Below are positions 25,538 through 33,941 of a DNA stretch of 64,000 nucleotides, in pieces. Position 1 is the first letter of the stretch. Each line of letters starts with the position of its first letter. This stretch comes from an uncultured Saprospiraceae bacterium. GTDB lineage: Bacteria > Bacteroidota > Bacteroidia > Chitinophagales > Saprospiraceae. The translations under genes and the position numbers were made by a program. The DNA lies in assembly GCA_964630705.1 (NCBI GenBank), contig CAZVZH010000002.1:3727-67726 (forward strand), written 5' to 3'. A model generated the notes under the pieces. That model made no database searches. It was not told the origin of the DNA and saw nothing but the letters and a program-made list of their open reading frames with translations.

Positions 25538-27400
25538 ATGAAACAAGTATTTCTTCCCCTTTTGAGCCTTTTTTTTGTAGGCCAACTCACTGCCCAGCAG
25601 GGGCCGCTATATTTAATGTACAATGCAACTTGCATGGATCAACTGGAGTACCGTTACGTTTATGCAGGTACTTCTGTAGTGGCCTATTCCATCAACCCAT
25701 CGGCTAATGAACAGTATATCCTGACCACAGGATCAAGCGGCATCAACTCACCCACTTTGCCGCCGAACACGGTCAATTGCCGCGATTACGCGTTCAACGA
25801 AAAATTTCTGAACGAGGTCAATACTGTTTCCCGTCAGGTATACATCGTCCAGCAGCAACAGCGTGGCTTTCTGTTGTTGCCGGTAATTGCCGCTACCCAA
25901 TTGATCCGGAGCGGGTCGTATTATTTGTTCCGCGCCCCGAACTATTCATTCGCCATCGACACTTCCAATATGGTGTATGAAAGCAACATCGCCACGGGCA
26001 GTTCGAACTGGTACATTTATTTTAATGGCCTGAAAATTCGCGGCTGCTACTACGAATACTCCTTCAAACGCGAACCCACCAAAGTTAGCCAGGAACGCTC
26101 CGAGTTCGATTTTATCCCAGGCATCGGTATCTCCACCGAGCGCACCGGCATGACGGCAGTTGAGGCCGAAAACAACCAATACCGCCTGGTCAAGGTGAAC
26201 GGTCTGGCGCTCGAAGATTATATCGTGGCCCGCTGCCAAGGAAAAACAGCATCTGGTACGGCGCCCTTGTCCAAATATACACCGCAAGTAAACTACGGCC
26301 CGGGCGCCGTTCGGGAAGGCGACAAAGAGTTCAATTCCATGCCGAAATACGATCAATACCCGGCAGGGACGACGACCGGCAGCCTGCCCGGTTTGGTGAA
26401 TTGCCCGGATTACCCCGGCGAGGGCTACCACATCGTTCAGCCGGGCGAAACCCTGAACGGGATAGCCCGCGCCTACAATGTCTCGGTAAAAGCACTGGTC
26501 AACTGGAATGGCCTTAAAGACCCCGATGTTATCCAGGTTTGCCAAAAAATCTGGTTGAAAAAGCCGCCGGTCGCAACCGAAAGAACGCTGGCATCCAAAG
26601 GAGATGCCCAGGGAGCCAAACCTGCTCCGGAGGGCCCGGCGGTGCGCCGGCAGGATGCGTACTGGAACGCCAATGTCAGTTATGAACCGGCGCCGTATTC
26701 CAATATTCAGCCGCCTGCAGCAGCCGCCTACACGCCGCCGGCGCAAGCCTTGGTGCACGTCGTCCAAAAAGGCGAAACGCTTTACGGGATTGCCCAGCGG
26801 TATCAACGAACAGAAGCAGATGTCCGCCGGCTGAACAATTTTCCGGCAACTGGGCAAGTCGTTTTACAGCCTGGCATGCAACTTCTGGTGGCCGATTGCT
26901 GCCCGGAACAAGTAGGTAATCCGGTGAACCCTGCTGCCAATCCAGTTCAGCCGTACTACCAACCGCAGCAACCGTATTATCAACCCCAACAACCTGGCTA
27001 TCAGCCGCAACAACCTGGCTATCAGCCGCAACAACCTGGATATCAGCCGCAACAACCTGGATATCAGCCGCAACAACCCGGCTATCAGCCGCAACAACCC
27101 TACAACCCCGGCACTTCCGACCCGGGTATGTTACCGGAATTGTTTAGTACGCCCGGAGGCACCCAACCAACTCCAGGAACACTTACCAATCCCGGAGGTA
27201 CCAGTAATCAGCCAGCAATCAGTAACCAGCCGGCCGCTAAAGCAACCTATTTTCAGGAATACATCGTCCGCGAAGGCGACACGATCAATTCCGTAGCCAT
27301 CAAATTTAAAGTAAACGCCCAGGAGTTGGCCCTGGTGAACAACAAGGAGCCCAACGAAACCCTCATCGCCGGGCAACGCCTGCTGATTCCCAGAAATTAA
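25538..27400 (+). CDS. secreted LysM-domain protein (3 LysM modules) with Q/P/Y-rich heptad repeat
   Basis: Signal peptide LLSLFFVGQLTAQ. LysM modules YHIVQPGETLNGIARAYNVSVKALVNWNGL, HVVQKGETLYGIAQRYQRTEADVRRLNNF and YIVREGDTINSVAIKFKVNAQELALVNN. Confidence 0.85.
   Translation: MKQVFLPLLSLFFVGQLTAQQGPLYLMYNATCMDQLEYRYVYAGTSVVAYSINPSANEQYILTTGSSGINSPTLPPNTVNCRDYAFNEKFLNEVNTVSRQVYIVQQQQRGFLLLPVIAATQLIRSGSYYLFRAPNYSFAIDTSNMVYESNIATGSSNWYIYFNGLKIRGCYYEYSFKREPTKVSQERSEFDFIPGIGISTERTGMTAVEAENNQYRLVKVNGLALEDYIVARCQGKTASGTAPLSKYTPQVNYGPGAVREGDKEFNSMPKYDQYPAGTTTGSLPGLVNCPDYPGEGYHIVQPGETLNGIARAYNVSVKALVNWNGLKDPDVIQVCQKIWLKKPPVATERTLASKGDAQGAKPAPEGPAVRRQDAYWNANVSYEPAPYSNIQPPAAAAYTPPAQALVHVVQKGETLYGIAQRYQRTEADVRRLNNFPATGQVVLQPGMQLLVADCCPEQVGNPVNPAANPVQPYYQPQQPYYQPQQPGYQPQQPGYQPQQPGYQPQQPGYQPQQPGYQPQQPYNPGTSDPGMLPELFSTPGGTQPTPGTLTNPGGTSNQPAISNQPAAKATYFQEYIVREGDTINSVAIKFKVNAQELALVNNKEPNETLIAGQRLLIPRN
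26948..27103 (+). repeat. in-frame 21-bp tandem repeat (about 7.4 units) encoding QPQQPGY heptads
   Basis: CAGCCGCAACAACCTGGCTAT and variants differing only at synonymous positions, repeated head to tail. Confidence 0.9.
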
Positions 27401-27423
27401 TACGGATTAGGTTTCGAACGATT

Positions 27424-27465
27424 AGCCGGGCCGACTCTTAAAGGGTCGGCCCGGCTATTTTTGTT
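27424..27465. terminator. rho-independent (bidirectional) terminator between convergent genes
   Basis: Perfect 12-bp stem AGCCGGGCCGAC/GTCGGCCCGGCT, 9-nt loop, followed by ATTTTTGTT. Confidence 0.8.
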
Positions 27466-27468
27466 CGC

Positions 27469-29733
27469 TTAAAACTCCAGGCGCAGGGTGCCCATCCAGT
27501 TACGTCCGGCTTGGGGAAAATAGCCTGCCTGATGGTACACGTTGCCGCTTTCCAGGCGGGCGTATGGATTGTACGGGCGTTCGTCGAAGCCTGCCGATTG
27601 ATACCGGTAGATCCAGCCGTTCGATACGAATTGCGCATCGAACAGGTTTTGCAAAGCTAAAATCAGGCTGATTTTAGTGTCGGCCCAAACCTTAAAATTC
27701 CAATTGATCCGAAGGTCAGAAAACGAGTAGGCATCCAGTTTGCTCCATGGACTGGAGCTATTGTCCAGATACTGGGCCCCAACATATTTTGTGGAAAAGC
27801 TCGCCGCCAACGCTGTATTTTTCGAATTGGGTAAAACATTCCAGGTCAACTCTAATCTTCCCAACAAGTTGGGCGAAAATGCGAGGTCTGTATCTTTCAA
27901 TTCCAACTGGTCCTGACCGCCGGAGTCCCAATTATCTTGAAATGCAATAAACTCCCGCGCTTTGTTGCGGCTCCAGGAGAGGTTACCGGTCAGGCTAAAT
28001 GCATGGTTCAATTTAGCTTGTGCCTCTACTTCCATACCTGCCCGGTAGCTATCTGGCACATTGAAGCGGATATAGGCGCCTACATCGTTGATGCGGCCGT
28101 CGAGCAGCAGTTGGTCGCGGTAGCGCATGTAATAGAAATTAGCCTGCAGGCTCCAGCCGTTGAGGTTGATTTTAACGCCGGACTCCAAATTACTCAGCCG
28201 TTCGGGCCTTGGCCGCGATGCTGGCGTCGATTGGGTGTAGTCATCCCGGTTGGGTTCCCGGTGCGCTACTCCCCAAAAGGCATAGGCCGTCCAATTGGGG
28301 TGAAAGGCCCAATTCAGACCAATTTTGGGATTAAAAAAATGCAATTGTACCGCTTGGGCGACATTTTGTCGGTTTTGATCGAAGCCCAGAAAAGTGTATC
28401 CCACTCGGCGGTATTGTAAATCCACTAGTGTAGTTAGCCGGGGCCTTAGCTGAAATTCAAATTTGCCGTACACGTTGGCATCTAGTTTTTTAGCATCATT
28501 ATCGTAGTACCGAAAATCCTTGGGTACACCGTAGTCGCCCCAAATCAATTGGCCAAAATGGGCGCCGTCGTACCTGCTCCAGGCGCCGCCCAGAAGCAGT
28601 TCTGGCTCCTTAGAAAAAGTCAGAATCGACCCTGGCCGCCAACGCAAGGCGAATGTGCCGCCATAAAAATGGTTGTCGAGCCAACGCCGGCGGATCAAAT
28701 CTGTTTGGGTGAGTAGCGAATCGCCCAGCAGCGGTTGGGGCAAACCGTAATCCAAAAAATCTTCCGCCGCTTTGTATTGTTCATAAAAACCTGCCCCGCG
28801 GGTGTAATGGCCATTGAGTTGTATGGCCAGTTGCGGTGTCCACTCCAATTTGTAATGCAGTAGAATATGGCGCTGGGTATAGTCGTCAACTTCATCCGCA
28901 TAAGGCGCCCCCGGCTTTTCCGTTCCGGCAACATTGTACCGGCGCAGGCTGTCCACATCGAGGTATTGCGCCGGCAATCCGTACCAAGCCTGGTAGGTAC
29001 GTTCCTGGCCGGAAAGGAGGTGGACTTGCAGGGACTGCCGGTTGCCGAGGAAAGCGCCGGACAAATGGTACGACTTTAAATTGGCGAAGGCGCGGTCTAC
29101 ATACCCATCGGATAAAATATGCGACAATCTGCCCGAAAAAGCCAGTTTGCCGCCCAGCAAGCCAGTTCCGGTGTAAATGCTGTGTCTGCGCGTATTAAAA
29201 CTACCCAGCGTATTGCTGATGACGGCGAAGGGCTCGGCTTGTACCCGGGAAATATCCAGGTTTACGGTAGCGCCAAACGCTCCGGCGCCATTGGTACTGA
29301 CGCCGACGCCGCGTTGAACCTGAATTTCTGCCGCTGAACTGGCCAGATCGGGCAAGTCTACCCAAAAAACCCCCTGACTTTCGGCGTCGTTGAGCGGTAT
29401 GCCGTTGATCGTGACATTTATCCGGGTGGGGTCGCTGCCGCGAATGCGCATGCCAGTGTAGCCAATGCCGGTACCTGCATCGGAACTTTCGACCAGCGAG
29501 GGCGTGCTGCTGAGCAAAAACGGAATATCCTGGGCTTGCAGCAGTTGTGTGATTTTTCCGGAAGAAAAATTGTTGTGCGGCACAGGCGAGTTAGCCCCGG
29601 TGCGGGTGGCCTGTATCACCACGGTTTGCAGCAGGGCGGTGTCAGGCAGGGGTGTGGTTTGAGCAATAGCTTGAAATGGAAACACGCAAGCGCCGATCAG
29701 GAGCGATCGCAACAGGCGGAAAAGTAAAAACAT
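27469..29733 (-). CDS. TonB-dependent outer-membrane receptor (probable thiamine/thiamine-precursor uptake, riboswitch controlled)
   Basis: Signal peptide, plug region (VVIQATR..., GMRIRG, INGIPLND), beta-barrel with C-terminal ...GTLRLEF. Preceded by a THI-box. Confidence 0.85.
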   Translation of the reverse strand: MFLLFRLLRSLLIGACVFPFQAIAQTTPLPDTALLQTVVIQATRTGANSPVPHNNFSSGKITQLLQAQDIPFLLSSTPSLVESSDAGTGIGYTGMRIRGSDPTRINVTINGIPLNDAESQGVFWVDLPDLASSAAEIQVQRGVGVSTNGAGAFGATVNLDISRVQAEPFAVISNTLGSFNTRRHSIYTGTGLLGGKLAFSGRLSHILSDGYVDRAFANLKSYHLSGAFLGNRQSLQVHLLSGQERTYQAWYGLPAQYLDVDSLRRYNVAGTEKPGAPYADEVDDYTQRHILLHYKLEWTPQLAIQLNGHYTRGAGFYEQYKAAEDFLDYGLPQPLLGDSLLTQTDLIRRRWLDNHFYGGTFALRWRPGSILTFSKEPELLLGGAWSRYDGAHFGQLIWGDYGVPKDFRYYDNDAKKLDANVYGKFEFQLRPRLTTLVDLQYRRVGYTFLGFDQNRQNVAQAVQLHFFNPKIGLNWAFHPNWTAYAFWGVAHREPNRDDYTQSTPASRPRPERLSNLESGVKINLNGWSLQANFYYMRYRDQLLLDGRINDVGAYIRFNVPDSYRAGMEVEAQAKLNHAFSLTGNLSWSRNKAREFIAFQDNWDSGGQDQLELKDTDLAFSPNLLGRLELTWNVLPNSKNTALAASFSTKYVGAQYLDNSSSPWSKLDAYSFSDLRINWNFKVWADTKISLILALQNLFDAQFVSNGWIYRYQSAGFDERPYNPYARLESGNVYHQAGYFPQAGRNWMGTLRLEF

Positions 29734-29794
29734 GGGAAAAAAATTGAGTGAAACATCCGCTGCCGAAGGGGTTTCGGAAACGTAGTGATGCCAC

Positions 29795-29892
29795 TACCCG
29801 TCTCAGTTCCCTTCCCGGCATGACCCGGGCAGGTTCGATGGGTATAATCTCAGCCCGGACAGCATGTGTGCAGGCACCCCAATGAGGAATTG
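29795..29892 (-). promoter_or_regulatory. TPP (THI-box) riboswitch aptamer
   Basis: Minus-strand RNA reads CUCAUUGGGGUGCCUGCACACAUGCUGUCCGGGCUGAGAUUAUACCCAUCGAACCUGCCCGGGUCAUGCCGGGAAGGGAACUGAGA. It contains the conserved GGGGUGC, GCUGAGA, UACCC, GAACCUG and GGGAA blocks in canonical order (compare the E. coli thiM aptamer). Confidence 0.85.
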
Positions 29893-29893
29893 G

Positions 29894-30442
29894 CTACAAA
29901 GGTCGGAAAAACTTATTTATTGCCGAAATGGCTATTTCCAACCGTGCTTCTTGTGCGCCTTGAACCATCAGGAAAGGCAAATGCAGGTCGGTGAGCAATT
30001 TTTCATAAAGCAGGAACAGTTCGCCCCGCGTTTCCGGATCTTCGCGCAGCGGATCCGGCTGCCAGGGGAAATCGGGCGCGCAGAGCAAATAGAGTTGGGT
30101 GGTTGTTTGCGGCATAGCGTCTTGCCAGGCCCAAACGCCCGAAGGTGGCGGGCCAAAGCGGAATTGCTCCCAGATTTGAAGCACTGTCCAATCAGTATCG
30201 CAAAACAACAGCCTGGAAGCGTGCTGACCGTACCAGTTTTCCCAGGCACGCTGCCCTTGACCAATGATACTGAGGTCCTCCCTGGTATAGCGTTCCTGTT
30301 TTGCCGCTAAATAAAAACGGGCAAACTCGGGCGCCGAAACGGTTCCGTAATGTGCAGCCAAGCTTTTGGTCAGGGTGGTTTTGCCAGATGATTCCGGCCC
30401 AGTTGCTACAATTTTGAAAGTATGTTGTTTCTGTTCGTTCAT
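29894..30442 (-). CDS. NadR-type P-loop kinase (ribosylnicotinamide-kinase-like AAA ATPase)
   Basis: Walker A TGPESSGKTTL, LLFCDTDWTVLQIW, PDFPWQPDPLRED. Resembles the NadR C-terminal RNK domain. Confidence 0.65.
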   Translation of the reverse strand: MNEQKQHTFKIVATGPESSGKTTLTKSLAAHYGTVSAPEFARFYLAAKQERYTREDLSIIGQGQRAWENWYGQHASRLLFCDTDWTVLQIWEQFRFGPPPSGVWAWQDAMPQTTTQLYLLCAPDFPWQPDPLREDPETRGELFLLYEKLLTDLHLPFLMVQGAQEARLEIAISAINKFFRPL

Positions 30443-30494
30443 TTTTTTGCTTTGCTACCAGGGCTGTACTTTTGCCGGTAATAATACTTCCATC

Positions 30495-31079
30495 ATGCAC
30501 GATATCGAACCGCATTTTCGGTGGCGCGATCAATATATTGCCGCTCAAGATACCCGGTCTCCTTTTTTCGGTAGAAAATACAGCGAATACTACGAAAGCA
30601 ACCGGTTGTACAACTTTTTCCTGCACCCGCAATGGGATGAATTCGGCTCTTCCACCTTGTATTTGAAAATCCTGTTTGCGGACTACGAATCAGGATTTGC
30701 TTTGATTGAAATGATTGGCGAGTGGAACGATACTTTGCACAACGACATCATGTTTTTAAAACGTGAAGTCGCTGATCCCCTCTTGCAGGAAGGGGTACAC
30801 AAATTTGTATTTTTTTGCGACAATGTCCTCAACTTCCATGGCGCCGATGACGATTATTACGCGGAATGGTACGATGACTTGCAGGACGAAAACGGCTGGA
30901 TTGCACTTTTGAATACCCGCCAGCATGTCGAGGAAGAACTGCAAGAAAACCACCTGTACCACTATTTAAATTTCGGCCCCGGTTTCAACGACATCGAATG
31001 GCGGGTTCACAAACCACAACTGGTTTGTCAATTGGTAGATGCTGTAGTCCAAAATCAGGTCAGGGGGCTGGTCGGATAG
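30495..31079 (+). CDS. hypothetical protein
   Basis: 194-aa ORF from the ATG at 30495 (MHDIEPHFRWRDQY...), acidic and aromatic-rich. No family recognised. Confidence 0.5.
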   Translation: MHDIEPHFRWRDQYIAAQDTRSPFFGRKYSEYYESNRLYNFFLHPQWDEFGSSTLYLKILFADYESGFALIEMIGEWNDTLHNDIMFLKREVADPLLQEGVHKFVFFCDNVLNFHGADDDYYAEWYDDLQDENGWIALLNTRQHVEEELQENHLYHYLNFGPGFNDIEWRVHKPQLVCQLVDAVVQNQVRGLVG

Positions 31080-31105
31080 CCAGACTTGGCTAAAATTCGC
31101 GACCT

Positions 31106-32068
31106 TTGTCCTCCATCAAGTTATTTCAGATGTCCTCCGAGCCCAGTATCCCCTCAGAAAATCAATCGAATACACCCTTCCGGTCCGGATTTGTAAACAT
31201 CGTTGGGCGGCCAAACGCTGGCAAATCCACACTCATGAACGCACTCGTTGGGGAGCGGATGAGTATCATTACGCACAAGCCGCAAACCACCCGGCACCGG
31301 ATCATCGGGATTTTAAGCGGCACCGGTTTCCAAGTAGTGTTTTCTGACACACCGGGTTACGTGCGCGATCCGGCCTACCGGATGCACACGGCGATGAACA
31401 AGTTTGTCGAACAAACGTTGGCCGATGCCGACTTGCTGCTGCTGGTATTCGACCTGACAGAGGAGCTCGACCCTGAAAATCCGCTCCTGACTATACTGGC
31501 CACTGCGCGGGCTCCACTATTTTTGGTGTTGAATAAGAAAGATCTGGTTCACGAACAACGTATCGATGACGCGACAAACTGGTGGAAAAAGCGGCTCGAA
31601 ATCCGGGAAAGCCTGGCCATCTCGGCTTTGTCGGGTGAAAATACCCCGCAATTGTTGAGCCGAATCCTCTCTTATATGCCGGAAGGTCCGGCTTATTATC
31701 CCCCGGATCAGCTCACTGACCGTCCGGAGCGTTTTTTTACAGCGGAAATTATTCGCGAAAAAATATTTCTCCTGTACGGCGAGGAAATACCGTATTCCTG
31801 TGAGGTTGGTATCGAGTCGTTTCAGGAAACCGCCACCAAAACGGGCGAACCGCTTGCACGTATACGCGCCAATATTTACGTGTTGCGCGAAACGCAGAAA
31901 GGAATCATACTCGGCAACCGCGGGAGCGCCATTAAAAAGTTGGGCACCGCATCGCGCTTAGCCATCGAGTCCTTTTTGCAAACCAAAGTATTTCTGGAAC
32001 TGACCGTGAAGGTGCGCAGCAATTGGCGGGATGATGAACGGTCGCTGCGCGATTTTGGGTATAAATAA
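31106..32068 (+). CDS. era: GTPase Era
   Basis: G1 GRPNAGKST, G3 DTPG, G4 NKKD, C-terminal KH domain (IYVLRETQKGIILG..G..IK). Start may be at 31130. Confidence 0.9.
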   Translation: MSSIKLFQMSSEPSIPSENQSNTPFRSGFVNIVGRPNAGKSTLMNALVGERMSIITHKPQTTRHRIIGILSGTGFQVVFSDTPGYVRDPAYRMHTAMNKFVEQTLADADLLLLVFDLTEELDPENPLLTILATARAPLFLVLNKKDLVHEQRIDDATNWWKKRLEIRESLAISALSGENTPQLLSRILSYMPEGPAYYPPDQLTDRPERFFTAEIIREKIFLLYGEEIPYSCEVGIESFQETATKTGEPLARIRANIYVLRETQKGIILGNRGSAIKKLGTASRLAIESFLQTKVFLELTVKVRSNWRDDERSLRDFGYK

Positions 32069-32074
32069 AAAAAA

Positions 32075-32102
32075 GACGGCAGGATGTTAACACCCTACCG
32101 TC
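32075..32102. terminator. candidate hairpin terminator after era
   Basis: A8 run, then GACGGCAGG...CCTACCGTC (one mismatch) around a central GTTAAC. No downstream T-tract. Confidence 0.35.
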
Positions 32103-32456
32103 AGAAATATAACCCCAAAAAACCTAGGTCAAAGATAAAGCCCTTTGAATAACCTGTGCAAGTATTTTCCAAAAAAAAATTTTTTGCGGAAAGCAGGTGC
32201 AAAAAAAAGTCCCTCCCCATTCGTTAACGGAGAAGGACGTCATCAAAACACGCTTCATTTTAAACCTAATTCTTGGCTTTGCCGTGGGGCTTTGTTGATA
32301 AATTTGAGAAGCGTTTGCCGATGATTAATTTTGGTGGTTCAAAATTATGGTCAACTTAAACAAAAACCATGCTTGATTGCATAATTTTTTGAAACTGATT
32401 GATTTTTATGCAGCCAAATCGCAGTTTTTTATGCAGCACCCAATCAAAAATTTTAG

Positions 32457-33791
32457 ATGTCGACAGTATTAATTAGAAATGGGCTTTTGGTAAACCGCGG
32501 TCGGATTTGGCCGGCCGACATTTTTATCCGCAATGGTCGGATCGAGAAAATTGACAAGGAAATAAACCAATTGGCACAACTTGAACTGGACGTGAAAGGC
32601 AACCTGGTTCTCCCAGGTATTATTGACGATCAGGTCCATTTCCGCGAGCCAGGCTTGACGCACAAGGCGACCATTTTTACAGAAAGCCGGGCCGCTGTAG
32701 CTGGGGGCGTTACCTCTTACATGGAAATGCCAAACGTCAACCCGCCTTCGGTTACCCGCGAACTACTGGAACAAAAATACCAGATCGGAGCCAGGCAGTC
32801 GTTGGCCAATTATTCCTTTTATATGGGCACGACCAATGACAACTTGGAAGAAGTGTTGCGTACTGACCCACAGCGCGTATGCGGCATTAAAATTTTCATG
32901 GGGAGCAGCACCGGCAACATGCTGGTTGACGCCCCGAATGTGCTGGAAAAACTTTTCGCAGCCGCGCCTATGCTCATTGCCACACACTGCGAGGACGAAG
33001 CGACCGTCCGACACAATCTCGAGATTTTCAAAGCCAAGTATGGCGGTAAGGCCGATGCCAGCATGCATCCGATGATTCGAAATGTGGAGGCTTGCCTTCG
33101 TTCATCCTCCTTTGCGGTCGATCTGGCTCGAAAGCACAATACCCGCCTGCATGTGCTGCATATTTCTACTAAAGACGAGCTGAATCTGTTTGATCATTCC
33201 ATTCCACTCGCTCAAAAACGGATTACCGCCGAGGTATGCGTGCACCACCTTTGGTTCCATGCGGGCGATTATGCACAATACGGCAACCAAATCAAATGCA
33301 ACCCGGCGATTAAAAGCCGGGAGCACCAGGATGCTCTTTTGCCAGCCTTGCTCGACGACCGGCTGGATGTAGTGGCAACCGACCATGCACCGCACACCTG
33401 GGATGAAAAATCCCAACCGTACTTTGAAGCGCCCTCTGGCATCCCCTTGATACAACACAGCCTGAATCTCATGCTTGAATTATACCACGCCGGCAAAATC
33501 AGCCTGGAAAGAATAGTGGAAAAAATGTGCCATGCGCCAGCGATCGCATTCCAGGTCGCAGAACGTGGATTTCTGGACGAAGGCTATTGGGCCGATCTGG
33601 CTATCGTAGACCCAAATTTTGAATGGCAAGTCCGGCCCGAAAGCCTGTTCTATAAGTGTGGCTGGTCGCCGTTTGCACAACAGCACTTCAAAGGCAAAGT
33701 ACTGACCACTTTGGTGAACGGACACCCGGCTTGGCACAATAATGCTTTCCATGAAGCGCAAATGGGCCAGCGGATGCTTTTTAAACGGTAG
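32457..33791 (+). CDS. pyrC: dihydroorotase (cyclic amidohydrolase family)
   Basis: VLPGIIDDQVHFREPG metal-binding motif, 444 aa, ATDHAPH motif. Confidence 0.75.
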   Translation: MSTVLIRNGLLVNRGRIWPADIFIRNGRIEKIDKEINQLAQLELDVKGNLVLPGIIDDQVHFREPGLTHKATIFTESRAAVAGGVTSYMEMPNVNPPSVTRELLEQKYQIGARQSLANYSFYMGTTNDNLEEVLRTDPQRVCGIKIFMGSSTGNMLVDAPNVLEKLFAAAPMLIATHCEDEATVRHNLEIFKAKYGGKADASMHPMIRNVEACLRSSSFAVDLARKHNTRLHVLHISTKDELNLFDHSIPLAQKRITAEVCVHHLWFHAGDYAQYGNQIKCNPAIKSREHQDALLPALLDDRLDVVATDHAPHTWDEKSQPYFEAPSGIPLIQHSLNLMLELYHAGKISLERIVEKMCHAPAIAFQVAERGFLDEGYWADLAIVDPNFEWQVRPESLFYKCGWSPFAQQHFKGKVLTTLVNGHPAWHNNAFHEAQMGQRMLFKR

Positions 33792-33941
33792 TGGCCACCA
33801 ATTTCTCCCAAGCCATTTCTTTACGGCCAGCTGATAGTATTCCCCGGGGAAACTTTGAACTTTACCCTCCAAAATGGAAGATCATCACAACTACCCCCGA
33901 CTTACCGGGGAAATTTTCAACTTTATTACAGCATTGACAAT

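Noticed and set aside
29894-30442. Possible functional link between the NadR-type kinase and the thiamine riboswitch regulon.
   Set aside because: The aptamer begins downstream of this gene's stop codon, so it can only control the TonB-dependent receptor. The kinase motifs match nicotinamide-riboside kinase rather than a thiamine kinase.
33731-33746. Sigma-54-like promoter element TGGCAC-N-TGC near the 3' end of pyrC, upstream of the dipeptidase gene.
   Set aside because: The GG to GC spacing is 9 nt, not the required 10. The -12 element is ATGC rather than TTGC, and the site is inside coding sequence.
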